Assembly (NCBI RefSeq): GCF_036321535.1
Contig: NC_087437.1
Coordinates: 99,264,001-99,328,000 of the forward strand
Source of the DNA: Camelus dromedarius
Lineage: Eukaryota
Direction of reading: 5' to 3'
DNA: 64,000 nucleotides
Shown: positions 26,894 to 40,190 of the stretch, piece after piece
Layout: each line of letters begins with the position of its first letter
Position numbering within the stretch: the first letter of the stretch is position 1
Made by a program: the position numbers and the translations under genes
Notes under the pieces: generated by a model
The model's database searches: none
What the model was told of the DNA's origin: nothing
What the model saw: only the letters and a program-made list of their open reading frames with translations

Positions 26894-27528
26894 ACTTAAC
26901 TGATGGCTAACATGCAAATTTGATGTCATTAAGCATTTATGCTTTTTCTCCCCAAATTACACATACTCAATCTCTCTTGCTCTGTACTTGTGCTTTATTT
27001 CCCTTTAGTGGTCTGAAAAGTTTCTATTTTTAATTGTTTGACAAACAGGCTTTCCTAGCTGTGTGCTAGAAGTCTTGATCTTACAGTGTTAATTTAGACT
27101 TATTGAATAGAATCAAGAATAACACTTTAGAGTCATACCTGCTCTCAATAAAAAGAGCTTCTATATTTTATCATGATCTCTGTTGAGTTTAATCTTATGA
27201 CTCTACTCTTTCCAGAAAATGTTTAACTTTCTGTCTTATTTTCTCCAGGGTCTCAGGCTCCTTCCCAATGCTCTATCACATCGATGTGTAGTTCATGTAC
27301 TGTGGACAGTAGTCAATGTGCTGGATCTTGATTTATTCTTCTTATTGGAATCTTCATGTTGATATTAATTTATTTCAGCCCAAATACTGACTTTGACTTA
27401 GATCTATACCATACTTTCCAAGTGTAAGTCACCAGCCTTCTTCAATCTATAGTCTGTGGAATTTCAGTTGGTGAAAACTGAGGACAAATTTGCACTTCAA
27501 AATAAAAGCATCTTAAGGTTGGTGTACA

Positions 27529-27950
27529 TTGTTGTGGTGCCCATGTTAATGTGCCTCTGACTGTAGGGAGCATAACTGCTGTGCCTTGAAATCCATCACT
27601 GCTTCTGTGTCAGGCTTCCCATAGGCTGCCTGTAGCTAGTGACTAAGTACAGAAGGGACATGAAGGCAGGCCATTTTCTGGGAGATCTGTAGCTCATCTA
27701 TTGGGCATCTCCAGCCCAAGGACTCCCCAAAAAACTTTGCCAAACTCTTAGAACTTGCAATGTTGTGTAAGATACTTTGAACTAAACTACTTTTGTTCCC
27801 TCTCTGTGTTACCCAGAGTCAGACCTACATCATACATGATGGTTCTTCCTGTCTCTCTTGTCTTCCTCACTATTTCCCTTTTAGGCATTGTCCCTAATAA
27901 ATCACTTGAACTGCTTGCTAACTTTGACCTCAGGTCTGCTTCTTGGTAAT
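27529..27950 (+). mobile_element. ERVL solo LTR (LTR16-like)
   Basis: 'gaaatccatcactgc', 'gaaggcaggccattttctgggaga', 'gagtcagacctacatca', 'ccctaataaatcacttg...ggtctgcttcttgg'. Confidence 0.8.
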
Positions 27951-29234
27951 CAATCAAGTGGCGAACCTAAATAAGAAATATTACTTTGCTACCACTTTTT
28001 TTGTAATAAGCAAATATTTTTTGAAAGAGGTAAATGAAGAGCATTGTTCAAGAATCTAGGAAACACATAGCATGAAAAAATTCTCTTTGTCTTTGGGGAA
28101 GCAAGGTAGAATAAGAAGCCTATTGTCAAGAAAAAGTGGAGGGTTTTTTTTAAGACTTTGGTTTTAAAAAGATTTTTGCAAGAAATTACAGCACTTGTCC
28201 TTTGTAAGCACTTATAAGAATGGAAGGATCTCCCTCTCCTTTCCTCATGAAAATTTATCAAGATCAACTGTCTAAAAAGCATTAATTAACATTTGAGGAG
28301 ATTCTCCTACTCACTAGGCACTGTGGGCACTGGGGAATTAAATGCAAATATCCTAATGGCATCTCTTTCCAGTCCACCTATCATGTCTATGTAACTTGAG
28401 AAACAACAGGCCTTTGCTGTATTTTCCAAATCACTTTGCCATTTTCCCTTAGGAAGTAAGTCTTCTAGATAAGAAAATTCTGTTGATTATTATCCAATAG
28501 CCTTACATCTGAGGGGAGAAGAGTCCTTTATCCTGTGCTCAAAGAAAAAAAGTAACAGATACAGCAACATGTAGGAGTTCATGCTTAAATAAGTGAAAAT
28601 TCAACACACAAAGTTATATGTTCATTATGGTTACTATGTTAACATATGTATTTGTGTATGTATGTATATACAAAGTGAAAAGGAAGTTAATAATAATGAA
28701 AAGATTTATGTTATGTGATGAGACTAAGTAATTTACTTATTTCTCAATTTTTGAGATTTTCTTAAGGATTATGCTTTAAATATTAAACATTAAAATCTAA
28801 TCAAAATGTAAATGTTGAGTGATAAGACCTTAAAATTATACATCATAAGAAATACACATAAGAGCTTACAAATATTTGGCTTTTGTTGATTAGTGATTAG
28901 TGATTAGGTCATTAGGAAATAGTAAGGGCCTTATGTGTGTATTTTATTTGAGTATCATTCCTTTTGAAGTAAGATAATAATTTTCCCCCTTATTTTGGAA
29001 AGCTCTGGGGTCTCAGCAATTTTAATTATTCTATAACAAATTTTACTGAAAAATTTAAATTTTAAATATACTCAGTTCCACTCTAATCATTTCTCATTCT
29101 CACATTTACCTTTGGGACAAAATCCTCAAATTGGATCTTGCTCTAAAAAAGGTTAATAGACTTGGATTATAAGTGGAATCTACAGTTTCTCTTGGCTAAT
29201 ATTTTAGTGTAAAAATAACCAAACGACATATTTC

Positions 29235-29390
29235 ATGGTGCTTCACACTTCATAAAGCATTTTCATTACATTATCTCATTTTATCCTCCCAAGTTTGTTG
29301 GAATAAATGGTAGAGTTATTTCCATTTTACCAGATGAGTACACACAATTAAAGTGCAATGAAATCAGGGTTCAATCTTGATCTGACTCCA
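29235..29390 (-). mobile_element. MIR fragment
   Basis: 'cattacattatctcattttatcctccc...ttccattttaccagatgag'. Confidence 0.6.
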
Positions 29391-30499
29391 GGTAAATCAA
29401 AATCAATGGCAATCAAAATGTAAATGGAAAATTCATATAAGAATAGATAATAGGAATAAACACACTGGGGAGAGTAAAATTTAGCTCAGAGCTATAATCA
29501 TTTATTTGTGCAATCTTTAGGACCTTGTACTGATTAAATGATTCTCAATTTTTTATATTGAGTTTTTAGAAGTTTAAAGAATATTACAACAGTAGGGAAA
29601 GTATAAAATATAAATCTTAGCCATGATCCCACCAGAAAAGCAAGTATGATCAGTTTTATGTATTTACTTCTAATTTTTTTCCTTTAAGCAGTGATGACTA
29701 TGAAAAGCATAATACTTTTAATGACAAAACCTTGCATATTTGGGGGAATAGGGATGGAATGAGGTACATAGATCACAAAATGCAAAGAGTCAGTGCCTTT
29801 TGACTTGTGGGTAAAATATTTTCATGGAGTGGGTCTCTCTCCTCTCCCTTCTATTCTATCTAGACTTCAAACCTAGGATAATCTGCATAATCTTTCCCAT
29901 TCCTGTTACCTAGAGCAGAGAGAAAACAGCAATTCCTGGATAACAGTAACTCTGAGGAGAGTAAATCTTCTTGGATTCAAACATTTCACAGATTTGTGAA
30001 CCAGAAAATTAGGAACAGGCAATCACTAAAGCTAAAGAAATCCAGCTGAAAATTCTATATTTGAGCAATTGCAGACTGACTAAGTATATTCACAGTAAAC
30101 ATATAATTTTGTATTTTGCTTTCTCATTTACATTGTATCACTTAAACTTATGAAAATTATCTTTATCAAGAGACTTGGTAAGGATTCAATTCGCCATTAG
30201 GTTAGCTTTTTAAAAATTGTCTTCTGATTTTAAGCTACTTAACTTTTAAATGCCCTTGGAATTTATTTTGGTGAAGATTGTGAGTAGTGAGACTCAACAG
30301 AGTATTGCTATTTTGTTAAGTAGTCTCACAATTTATTAAAGAATGCTTCCTATTTCTTTATCATAAAACCTTTATTAAATATTGCATTCCTATAAAAGCC
30401 TAGAGTCAAACTATTTTAACCCAGTGATCTATGGTTAGGTCTTATGCCTTTACCTGCCCTTGCACATTTGACCTTTCCTCACATTGGTATGGAAACAGT

Positions 30500-32620
30500 G
30501 TTTGTGCTCCTATTTAAGGCCACCCCTCCCTACACCTGTGCACTATACCTATTCATCTCAGGAAATAAAGGACAATGCATCCTAATTGTCCCATTTATCT
30601 GCTTCAACCTTAATTTCCCCCTCCTTGGTAGATCATTCCCAATGGCATAGGAATATTTTGTAATTTATCCCATTTTATTCCCTGGACCCCACATGGCCAA
30701 CTAGCTATGCCATTTCTCTGGTCTCCTTTAAAACAAGAACAATCAAGTGTTTTCCTTACTCTCTGCCTCCAGTTCCTTTCTTCTATTCTCCCTTTAATCC
30801 ACTCCAAGCAGGATTTTATCTCTAACATTCTAATGAAATAGCTCTTGTCAGAGTCATCAGTGACTTCCGCATTGCAGAGCACAGTGGTCAAATCTCATTC
30901 TCATCCTACTCAAGCTGCATTTACTAGGGTAAATCACTTGCTCATTCTTGAATCCTTTCTTCACTTGACTTCTGGGAGTAAAACGTCTCTTGCTTTTCTT
31001 CCATCGCACTGGCCCCTCCTTTTCTCTTTCCTTTACTGGTCCCTGCATGTTCTTGTTTCCTAAGCCACTACTCCAGAACTTTTATATCTCACAGTTTTTG
31101 GGACTTGGACTTTGGGCTAGGGTGATTCTTGCAGTCCGTTGGAATTAACAGAGGTTATTTGATGTTCTTCAGCTGGTGGCGATCTGGTTTGAAATTTTTT
31201 GAAGTGGCTTTACTTATGTGCTTGTTGCCTTGGTGACACTATCTGAAAGGCTGAGCTCAGCAGGGTCTCTCTACCTATCAGTTTCTTTCTGTAGTCTCTC
31301 CATCAGGGTAACTGGACTTTATTCTTGGAGGTTCAGGCTCCAGAGATCAAAGCAAAAGCTGCCAGCCCTTCGCAGCCTAGGCCTGGAGCTGGCGTGGTGT
31401 CACCTCTGCCATGTACTCTATTGTCACCACAGGCACAAATTTAGAGGAAGAGGAAATGGACACCTCACTCATGGGAAGGAATATCAGAGAATTTGCTGTC
31501 ATCTTTAACCTTTCACATTCCTCAACCCCTTGCCTCTTAAAATGCTGGAGAATCTCAGAGCTTAATCCTTAGATCTTTTCTCTTCAATCTACCTATTTTT
31601 TTTTTTTATAAACTCATCCAGTCTTTTGGCTTTAAATAGCGATCATCTGTTATCTCATGATTCCTAAATAATGCATTTTCATATTTGAGTCCAGAAATCA
31701 AGACTCTTAAATATCCAACTTTTTATCCAATATACCTTTTCAACTTCTGAGCCTAGGTTTCTAATGGACACCTCAAACTTGTCCTGTACAAAATATAACT
31801 TCTTATTTTCACCCTCAGATCTATTCCTCCTGTAATCTTCCTCTTTCTTCTTGTTTTTCAGTTCAAAACCGTTAGGTCACTCTTGATCGTTAATTTTCTC
31901 TCATATTCTACTTCTAATTCAACAGAAAATTATTTGGAGCTATGTTCAAGATATATCCAGATTCTGGCTAATTTATACCACTTTCTCCATCACCACTAAG
32001 CAGGTAACTATTATCTCCCTGTGATTTTGTAACAACCTATTAGCTAACATTTTCTCTCTTTTCTTTATTTTTTAGAAAAAGTCTGTTTACAAAATAGTTC
32101 CCAGAATGGTACTCTGCAAATGTAAGTCTGCTCCTACCATTCTTTTGTCCAAATATTCCAATCTCATAGTAAAGGTCAAATGTTCACAGTGGCCTCTAAG
32201 GTCTCACATGTCCTATCCTGAAGAATATTCCTAACTTAATCTCTTGCAATTCAGCCTTCACTCACTATATGAAATTATACAGTCATCCTTTGCTTTTCCT
32301 CAAACAGGAGGAAATTCCCACACCAGCACCTGGAAGACTCTCCTCCTTTATTCATTCAGGTCTCTGCTCTGGTGTCAACTTACCAATGAGGCCATTCCTA
32401 ACCTGTTTATGCAGTAACACAATAGCAAAACCTCCCAGTTCCAGGACTCCCTAACTCCCATAATTTCTCACCATTGTATTTTTCTCCATCGTGCTTATCT
32501 TCATCTGTTCTTACCTTGCTTATTTCTATTGATCCCTCCCTATCAGAATGTGAACTTCATGAAGTAAGGATCTTGCTAGGATCAGGGATCAGTTTAGAGT
32601 TGTATCCCCAGTGCCTTTGA
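30500..32620 (+). mobile_element. Long L2 fragment interrupted by MLT1
   Basis: 'gctcttgtcagagtcatcagtgacttcc', 'ctaatggacacctcaaactt', 'gaatgtgaacttcatgaagtaagga...gtatccccagtgcc'. Confidence 0.85.
31070..31517 (-). mobile_element. MaLR LTR (MLT1F/G/H-like) inserted in L2
   Basis: 'gaaaggctgagctcagcaggg', 'gtgtcacctctgccatgtactctattg', 'agaatttgctgtcatctttaacctttcaca'. Confidence 0.8.
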
Positions 32621-32829
32621 CTAAAAAGAGAATCAACATTATTTTATGCTTTGATGTGTACTTTTTCAATTACTTATTTTACAGAATATACTGATATTTT
32701 TGCTTGTTCATAATATTGGTTAAAGTTAGAAACCTTTTTCATGTTCCTAGAATTTGATTAGGACTGACCAGAAAGTATTTCAGCACACTAAGAGTATTTG
32801 GCAATAATAAGACTGGGTAAGAATGCCAC

Positions 32830-33030
32830 TGGGTAAGAATGCCCTGACCACTTATGGGCTCTGTGACCTAAAGCAAATGGTGTAACCTCTCTCTACAGCG
32901 TTAGTTCCCCTGTCTTTGAAATGGGGAAAACAATACTTCCCATGGATGCTGTGAACATGTGATGAAGCAATGTGGATAAAACACTTACATTTATCTAGAA
33001 TATAGTAGGCACTTGATAAACGTGGGTTGC
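32830..33030 (+). mobile_element. MIR SINE
   Basis: 'ctgtgacctaaagcaaatggtgtaacctctct...gaaatggggaaaacaatac...atatagtaggcacttgataaa'. Confidence 0.75.
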
Positions 33031-33697
33031 AATTTTTTAATGTAAAATATCATAATTGAGGAAGAAACAAAATATTTCAGCATTTATTATTTTTATGTAG
33101 TAACTCAGACATTTTTTCAACTTGAAATATGCTAAAATATTATGCTAAATTTAAACCAGATTAGAATCATTTGTTAATAAAAATTACGCTGTTTATATTA
33201 CTTTCATTCATATTTACTTTATTTCAATATTTTATAGTCTGGTTATATTTCCACATAGAATGGCTATAATTTTGGTGTATCACGTAGACCATTTTACCCA
33301 ACTTTTAAAATAATTTCTTTAGTGTCTTTGGCTTTTTTAGAACATGCCTCTGTCATTAGGATATTATAAAATTTAATTTTTTCCCCTAAATATTTATATC
33401 TTTAATTATGTTAATTGTCTGTATAATTGATTAAAACAAGTTATTTATATCAAAATGTATTTATCATTTTATTTATTATTTAGAAGGATGTTTGGAATTG
33501 CAAATGAAAAAAGTTAACTGATTATTTTAGTATGGTATAGTATGTTAAGGTAAAATCAATTCTACAGTTTATAAATATATTGGCAATATTGGCTATGTTT
33601 TAGAATATTTTGTTACTTATTTCTTATATAATTCTTATATAATTTTTCTAAGTTATTATATATAATTTGCTCAGTATGAAATCTTATTTTGCTTCTC

Positions 33698-35570
33698 AGA
33701 CACAGACCAGAACAGAATTGAGAGCTCAGAAATAAACCAATGCATGTACAAGCAACTAATACTTGACACTAGAGCCAAAAAGAGGAAAATATATTCCCTT
33801 CATAAAATTATACTAGGGAAACTGGGTGTCCATATGCAAAATAATGAAACTGGACACTTATTTTACTACTCTTCAAAATTAACTCAGCATGGATTAAAGA
33901 CTTAAATGTAAGACCTAGAACATTTGTTAAAAAACAAAATTTAACTGGTAAATTTGAAGATCTAATTGGTTTTATTAAACATTTGTGAAGGCAGCATCCT
34001 ATCTAGTACATCAGACAGCACTCCAAGGAGTTGTACCAAATGGAATATTTTTATAAGCATAAGGAGGAAGGGGCAAGGATGTTATTAGCAGAAGAAAAGA
34101 GAGAATTGTATCAGGCCAGGTCATCTTTTTTGGGGGGAAGTGGGGGGCAAGGGGTCTTATTATGCAGGTTACCTCACTAGTGTTGATCAGGAAATTTCAT
34201 ATTGTCTCTTTAAAGGTCACAATCCTGGAAGAGTTTGAGACTGCAATTAAGTCTTGGTTTGCTATCATGGGGAAAAATGACTCCATTTTGGGCTTGTTAT
34301 TTCTTTTTAACAAGTAAAACTCCTAGAGGAAAACATAGGGAGAAGTATCCTTGACATTGATTTTGACAATGATTTTTTTGGATAATTTGCCAAAAGCATT
34401 AGCAACAAAAGCAGAAATAAATAAATGGGACTATATCAAACTAAAAACTTCTGCACAGCAAAATGGAAAGGCAACCTATAGAATGGAAGAAAATATTTAC
34501 AAATCATGCAACTAAGAGGTTAACATTCAAAATGTATTAGGAATTCATACAACTCAATAAAAGAAATCATTATCATCATCCAAGTAAAAAATGGACAGGG
34601 AAAAGGACCCAAATAGATGTTTTTCCAAAGAAGATACACAGCTGGCCAACAGGTATAGGAAAATGTGCTAACATCACTAATGATCAGGGAAATGCAAATC
34701 AAAACCACAGTGAGATATCACTTCACACTTCTTAAAATGACTATTATCAAAAAGACAAGAGGTAATTGCTGGCAAGGATGTGGAGAAAATGGAACCCTTG
34801 TGTACTGTTGCTGGGAATGTAAATGGTATAGCCACTACAGATAATAGTATGAAGGTTTCTCAAAAAATTACAAATAGAACTACCATATGATCCACAATTC
34901 CAATTCTGTAGGGAAGGTATAAACGAAGGAACTGAAATCTCTATCTTGAAGAGATATGTGAATTCCCATGTTCACTGCAGCATTACTTACAATAGCCAAG
35001 ACATGGAAACAGACTAAGTGTTCATTGACAGATGAATGGATTGAGAAGATATGATATACAATATTATTCAGCCATAGAAAAGACGGAATCCTGACATCTG
35101 CGACAACATGGATGGACTTTGAGGTCATTATGCTAAGTGAAATACGCCAGACAAAGACGAATACTGTATGATCTCACTTTTATGTGGAATCTAGGGAAAA
35201 AAAAAAAAAACTCATAGAATGAGTAAATGTTGCCAAGTGCATGAGTGTGAGGGAACTGGGTGAAAATGATCAAAGGGTACAAACTTGCAGTTATAAGATG
35301 AATAATTTCTGGGAATCTAATATACAGCATGGTGATCATAGTTAACAATAGTGTAGTGTATACTTGAAAGTTGCTAATAGAGTAAATCTTCAAAGTTCTC
35401 ACCTGAACGTTTGAAAAATGAAAAAAAAAAGCAACCATGTGAGATAGCTGTATTAACTAACCTTACTGTAGTAATCATTTCACAAAATATACACATATAA
35501 ATTTATCACACTGTATGCCTTAAAGTTACACAGTGTTATGTGTCAATTATATCAATAAAGCTGAAAAAAA
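33698..35570 (+). mobile_element. 5'-truncated L1 (L1MA9-like): ORF2 C-terminus, 3'UTR and short A tail
   Basis: ORF2 Cys-rich remnant CWQGCGENGTLVYCCWECK from 34767; 3'UTR 'caaagggtacaaacttgcagttataagatgaataa'; AATAAA 35554-35559 and A7 at 35564-35570. Confidence 0.92.
33925..34312 (-). mobile_element. ERV1-type solo LTR inserted in L1
   Basis: Termini TGTTAAAAA...TTTTTAACA; splits the L1 text 'agacctagaac|gtaaaactcctagaggaaaacatagg'; 'gcccaaaatggagtca' near the minus-strand start. Confidence 0.8.
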
Positions 35571-35683
35571 CAATACACTATATTTAGATGACTGATTTTT
35601 TTTTTAAAGTAGTAAGCAATTAGTGTTCAGAGAACTAAGAAAATAATTAAAAAACAGTAACATAGCGTCTATTTCTAGGATAT

Positions 35684-36655
35684 TGTGACTTTTTGGAGAT
35701 ATATATTTGGTTATCAAGATGATCTTACTCAGTGGCTCCTGGCTCCCAGCCTTCCAAACCCTTGGAATTTTCTGAGTACTAAGAACAATAAGAGCATCTT
35801 TTGTCATAATATTTGGTATCTTGTCCTCAGTTCCTGAAAACACTTTAATTATAAGGGTGAAAAAAAGTGTCTTGTTATTCATAACAAGCCCCTTTCCACC
35901 ACAGCTGGGTTTATATTAATGAAGTGACTTTTGGAAAGTACCTGAGGATGAAGGCTGGTGGTCAGGGGAACCAGTCATGAATAGAGGATTTGAACTCTGA
36001 ATGCCACCCCCTAGTTTCTGGCAAGAAAAGAGCAGCTAGCCAAGGATTTAATCAGTCATGCCTGTGTAATGAACCCTCCTTAAAAACTCAAAAGGGTGTT
36101 CAAAGAGCGTCCAGGTTGGTGACTGTTTGGAGATTTGGGGAGGGGGTGTACGTGCAGAGGGCATGGAAACTCTGCCCCTCTTCCCACATACCTTGCCCTA
36201 TGTAGCTTTTCAGCTGGCTGTTGATTTGTATCCTTTATTATCCTTTGTAATAAAACATAATCTAATGGGTAAACTGGTTTCTTGAGTTCTGTGAGCAGCT
36301 CCAGCAAATTAATAGAACCCCAGGAAGGGATTGTGGAAACTTCTGATTTATAGCCAATTAGTCAGAAGTACAGGTAGCATCCTGAGCTTGCGGTTGGCAT
36401 CCTGAGTTGGAGGGAGTCGCAATCTCCAAGTTATCGCCAGTAGGTCTGAAGAACAGATGATGTCCAAGATTTTTGACTGGCATCTGAAGTGGGAAGTGGT
36501 CTTGGGGTTCTGAGCCTTGTGGGATCCAATGCTATCTCTGGGTAGACAGTGTCAGAATCAAGTTTAATTTTAGAATACCCAGCTGTGTCCCAAGAATTGC
36601 TTGGTAGTGTGAGGGGAACCCCCGCCCTACCCCTGTGAAATTGTGTATACAGAAT
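35684..36655 (+). mobile_element. MER21-like solo LTR
   Basis: 'gagggcatggaaactctgcccctcttcccacataccttgccctatg', 'gagttctgtgagcagctccagcaaattaatagaaccc', 'ggtagacagtgtcagaat'. Confidence 0.88.
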
Positions 36656-39334
36656 CTAAATAATATTCTAATTTATTTAATTTATTCAACATGGGAAAAA
36701 AGTAAGTAGAGGGTACTTAATAAGATACCTGAATATTAAAATTACCTAGCTTTATACATTACTTATTTTTCATTCAGAGATATTAGGGATATTCATGAAT
36801 TAAATTAGAATATAGAGATACGTTTGCCGTATGGAAAATATTCCTGATCATGATGATTTTAGGTCCCTACAATATGGAATGCATACTCAAAATGGTGGAT
36901 TTTGCTCCAGATTATAAAGGCAAAATCTTTGGCATATTTTGCTTTTATCACCCTTTCCGTTTCAGGAAGCAAATAGATGAAACCAAGGCTTACTATCTAT
37001 GCCTCACTACTTATTCCTGTGGTTGGCTATCCGCCTGTCACTGCCAATTCCCCACACTATGTATGGGTACTCCCCACTAATGGGCATTGCTTTTGGACTT
37101 TTGTATCCTAGAGTCTTTCTCCTTTAAGAAAATCATCACTCCACTTATTTCCTGGGGTCATCTTAGTTCTTTACCAGGGAGATGCATTTTCAAATGAGGA
37201 TTTTGATGGAAGATAGTTCAGTGACCTTTGGCAGACCAGGGACTACAAAGTACATAAGAACACTCAAGGCTTTGAAGAATGTTATTGTTTTTCTGTGGTA
37301 ACAAGAAATAGTACTATCTAAACAAGAATAAATTGTCAAATCACAATCAGAGTTTTTGGTTTAGTTCAATTGGCTTATTATCTAAGGTAAAAAGTATATA
37401 TACCCAATTCTGAAGTTGAATGTGGTTTCCTATTAATTCTCTTAAAGTTTATTTATTTATTTATTTATTCATAATTTTGATATTGGTACCTGGATGTTTC
37501 TTATCTTGGCTTAAAATCAAAATGTAATTTTTCTTTTTTAAATATTTTAATCTTGAAATCAAAAATTTAAAGCACATATACAAAATTTTTTTAGTTAAAA
37601 GTACAGTTATTGTTACTTAAATGTATATACTAGACAAATGTATTTTGTAAAGAACTCTCAGGTTTCAAAAGGCAACTTTAGAAAATCACAGTATGTCACT
37701 TCAAATACACAGTTGTGAGGATATGAGAATCACTTGGAGAATTCATGCTAAGACTTAATACCAGTGGCACACATTTTAGAAGATGTTAAGCAGAAATGTT
37801 GCAGAAAAAATAGTCTTTCTGTTTAAAAAAAATGTTATACTTACCTACTCCGAAAAGGGAAGAAGGCCTAAGTTTGAATTCACGGCATATTGCTGTAATA
37901 CGCTATTAGCCTAATCCTTCATTTTCTTGTCAGTTAAAGACTTATCTTTATTCACTGATTCACTTATCAGTAATTCGCTGGGTATTTTAAAGCTGGTTGT
38001 TAAAAATCCCTTTGTTTATGGCAATAAGGCACCATTCATTTTGTGAACTTTATAAAACCAACCCTCTGCCAATTTTGCTCTTTGAGAATAGCTCTAAAAA
38101 TGTGTTCCCACAGTAATTACTTATTCCAGAGATGTTCATTAAAGAATGAAGTAAGAGGCAAGTGTTTGGAACAATTGTATCCCACTAAAGCCAGCTTTAC
38201 TAAGCACCTTTCCAGCATCTACAGTACTTATGTACATTAAAAAAAAAAAAAAGAGCAACTTAAGAAACCTTATGCAGAATTTGTACTTTTGAGTGTTTTT
38301 ATCTGGAGTGATAGTAACTATATGGGGTGTTATTTTTACATATTTATATTTAAGTGAGAAATTCAGCAAAGGGTTGGGGGGAAGCTGGGATGTTTTTGAA
38401 TGTGAGCCCAGCTGTCCATCATATACCTGCTGTGACTAGTTTGGGTCATTCTAGTGAATCTGCTCTCTATTGCCTACCCACCCTCAGCCTCCAGGATGTG
38501 AACGGGAAGGAGGGGGATAAATCCCAGTGAAGCCAGCTAAGTCTTAACAGAGAAAATAATAATTTTAAAGTTGGCTTTGGAGTTGTATATTTCTTTTAGA
38601 ATTGATCTGTTATTGTGGGTGAGTAGGAAGAAGAGTTTCTTTCCCTGTTATCAGAATCTGAGTGCTCGAACGTGTGTAGGTACTGCATAGTTATCCTAAA
38701 GTCACAGTGAACCCTCCCACTGAGCCCTACCGGGCAAAGGAATAAAGAAAACACAGCGCTAGAGGGAACCTGTCACTGACGAATCTGAATTGATAAACTT
38801 CTTACATAAATGAAGCTTTATGTATTTATATTTCATAAAATAATACAAGAGACCAAGAAGGAAATCAGAGAATGTGGGATTGGGTGTATTTCTTAAATTT
38901 CTAAGAACTAAGCTACGTAGATACGAACCATTTATAATGAGCACATTCTTTGTTTGAATGCTAATAACACAGCCAAATTAGTTTTCTCAGTGCTTGGAAA
39001 TAGTTTTCCAGTTTTTGACCTCCAGATTTGAGCTATTGTGTCTGCACTATTTTTTTCCTTTTAGCTATCCATCATCAAGATTTCAATTATAAATGTAGTT
39101 TAGGTTCATTGAATTGAATGTATTTGACATCTTGCAATTTAAATGAATTATTTTACTCTAAAATTTCAGTATTTTGCCTGGACTCACGTGGAGTGATAAT
39201 ACCGAGAGTTCTATGGAGAAATACTGCAAGGAATAGCGGGGCTTTTCTGGATCATACCTCAAGAAGGATGGAGATCCTTATATTGTATCATCTAGGAATA
39301 TTTACTCAGGATTCAGGCTGCTAGCATTTGCGTG

Positions 39335-39512
39335 ACAGTACAAAACCTCTCAAAGCTTCAGTTTCTTCATCTGTAAAATGGGAATGATGACAATACTTAT
39401 TTTAACTTTTTTTATTTTTGTAAATGTAAATTAGGTGAGAGTCACTAGGAACAATCCTAAGATCATTGCTTGGCACATAATACATCCTCAGTGATGTTAG
39501 CTATTATTATTA
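39335..39512 (+). mobile_element. MIR SINE
   Basis: 'gcttcagtttcttcatctgtaaaatgggaatgatgacaatac...ttggcacataatacatcctcagtgatgttagctattattat'. Confidence 0.85.
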
Positions 39513-39964
39513 CTGTATACCTATGACTAAAGCACCTTTTCTTTAAAAAAAAATAATACTTATATCCAAATTATAAAATAGTTCCTATACCTGCAATCAA
39601 AAATTTTGAAAGTTAGAATAAAAAATAAGAATTTAGTGTAATACTACTATCTGGGATGTGTCCACTATCAATATAACTATCATATGCCTTTATTAAAATG
39701 GAATCATGTTCTATATAACGGTTCTTAACCTCTTTTTTTTCTTTTCCACTGTCAGTTCATGGACATCTTTCCATCAATAAATAGGGATGCACCACTTAAT
39801 TTTTTGTGTCTATGTCACACTTCATTGTAGAACATAATTTAAGCAACCATCCCCGTCATTTAAAATGCTCTTTGTGAATATAGGTAATAAGAAATAATTT
39901 TAATCAGCGCATTCTCATTAACTGCCTCTGCCTGTTTGTTAAAAATGACTGGAACCTACGTAAT

Positions 39965-40190
39965 GCTTAGGTCTAGATCCCAGCTCTGCCACCTACTGGC
40001 TGTGTGACCTTAGGCAAGTTGTGTAAGTTCATTGGTAGCTCGTGTATTTATTGATTGTTCCATTTATAAAATGGTGATAATCTGAGTAGCTGCCTCACAG
40101 GGTTGTTGATCATAGTAGGTAAGCTAAGACATGTAAAGCTTTTACAACTGGTTTTTGGTGTACAATTAGTGCTCGATAAGTATTAGCTTG
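39965..40190 (+). mobile_element. MIR SINE
   Basis: 'atcccagctctgccacctactggctgtgtgaccttaggcaagt...cctcacagggttgttg'. Confidence 0.85.

Noticed and set aside
34520..35438. Minus-strand ORFs of 62-101 aa
   Set aside because: Antisense translation of L1 ORF2 and 3'UTR
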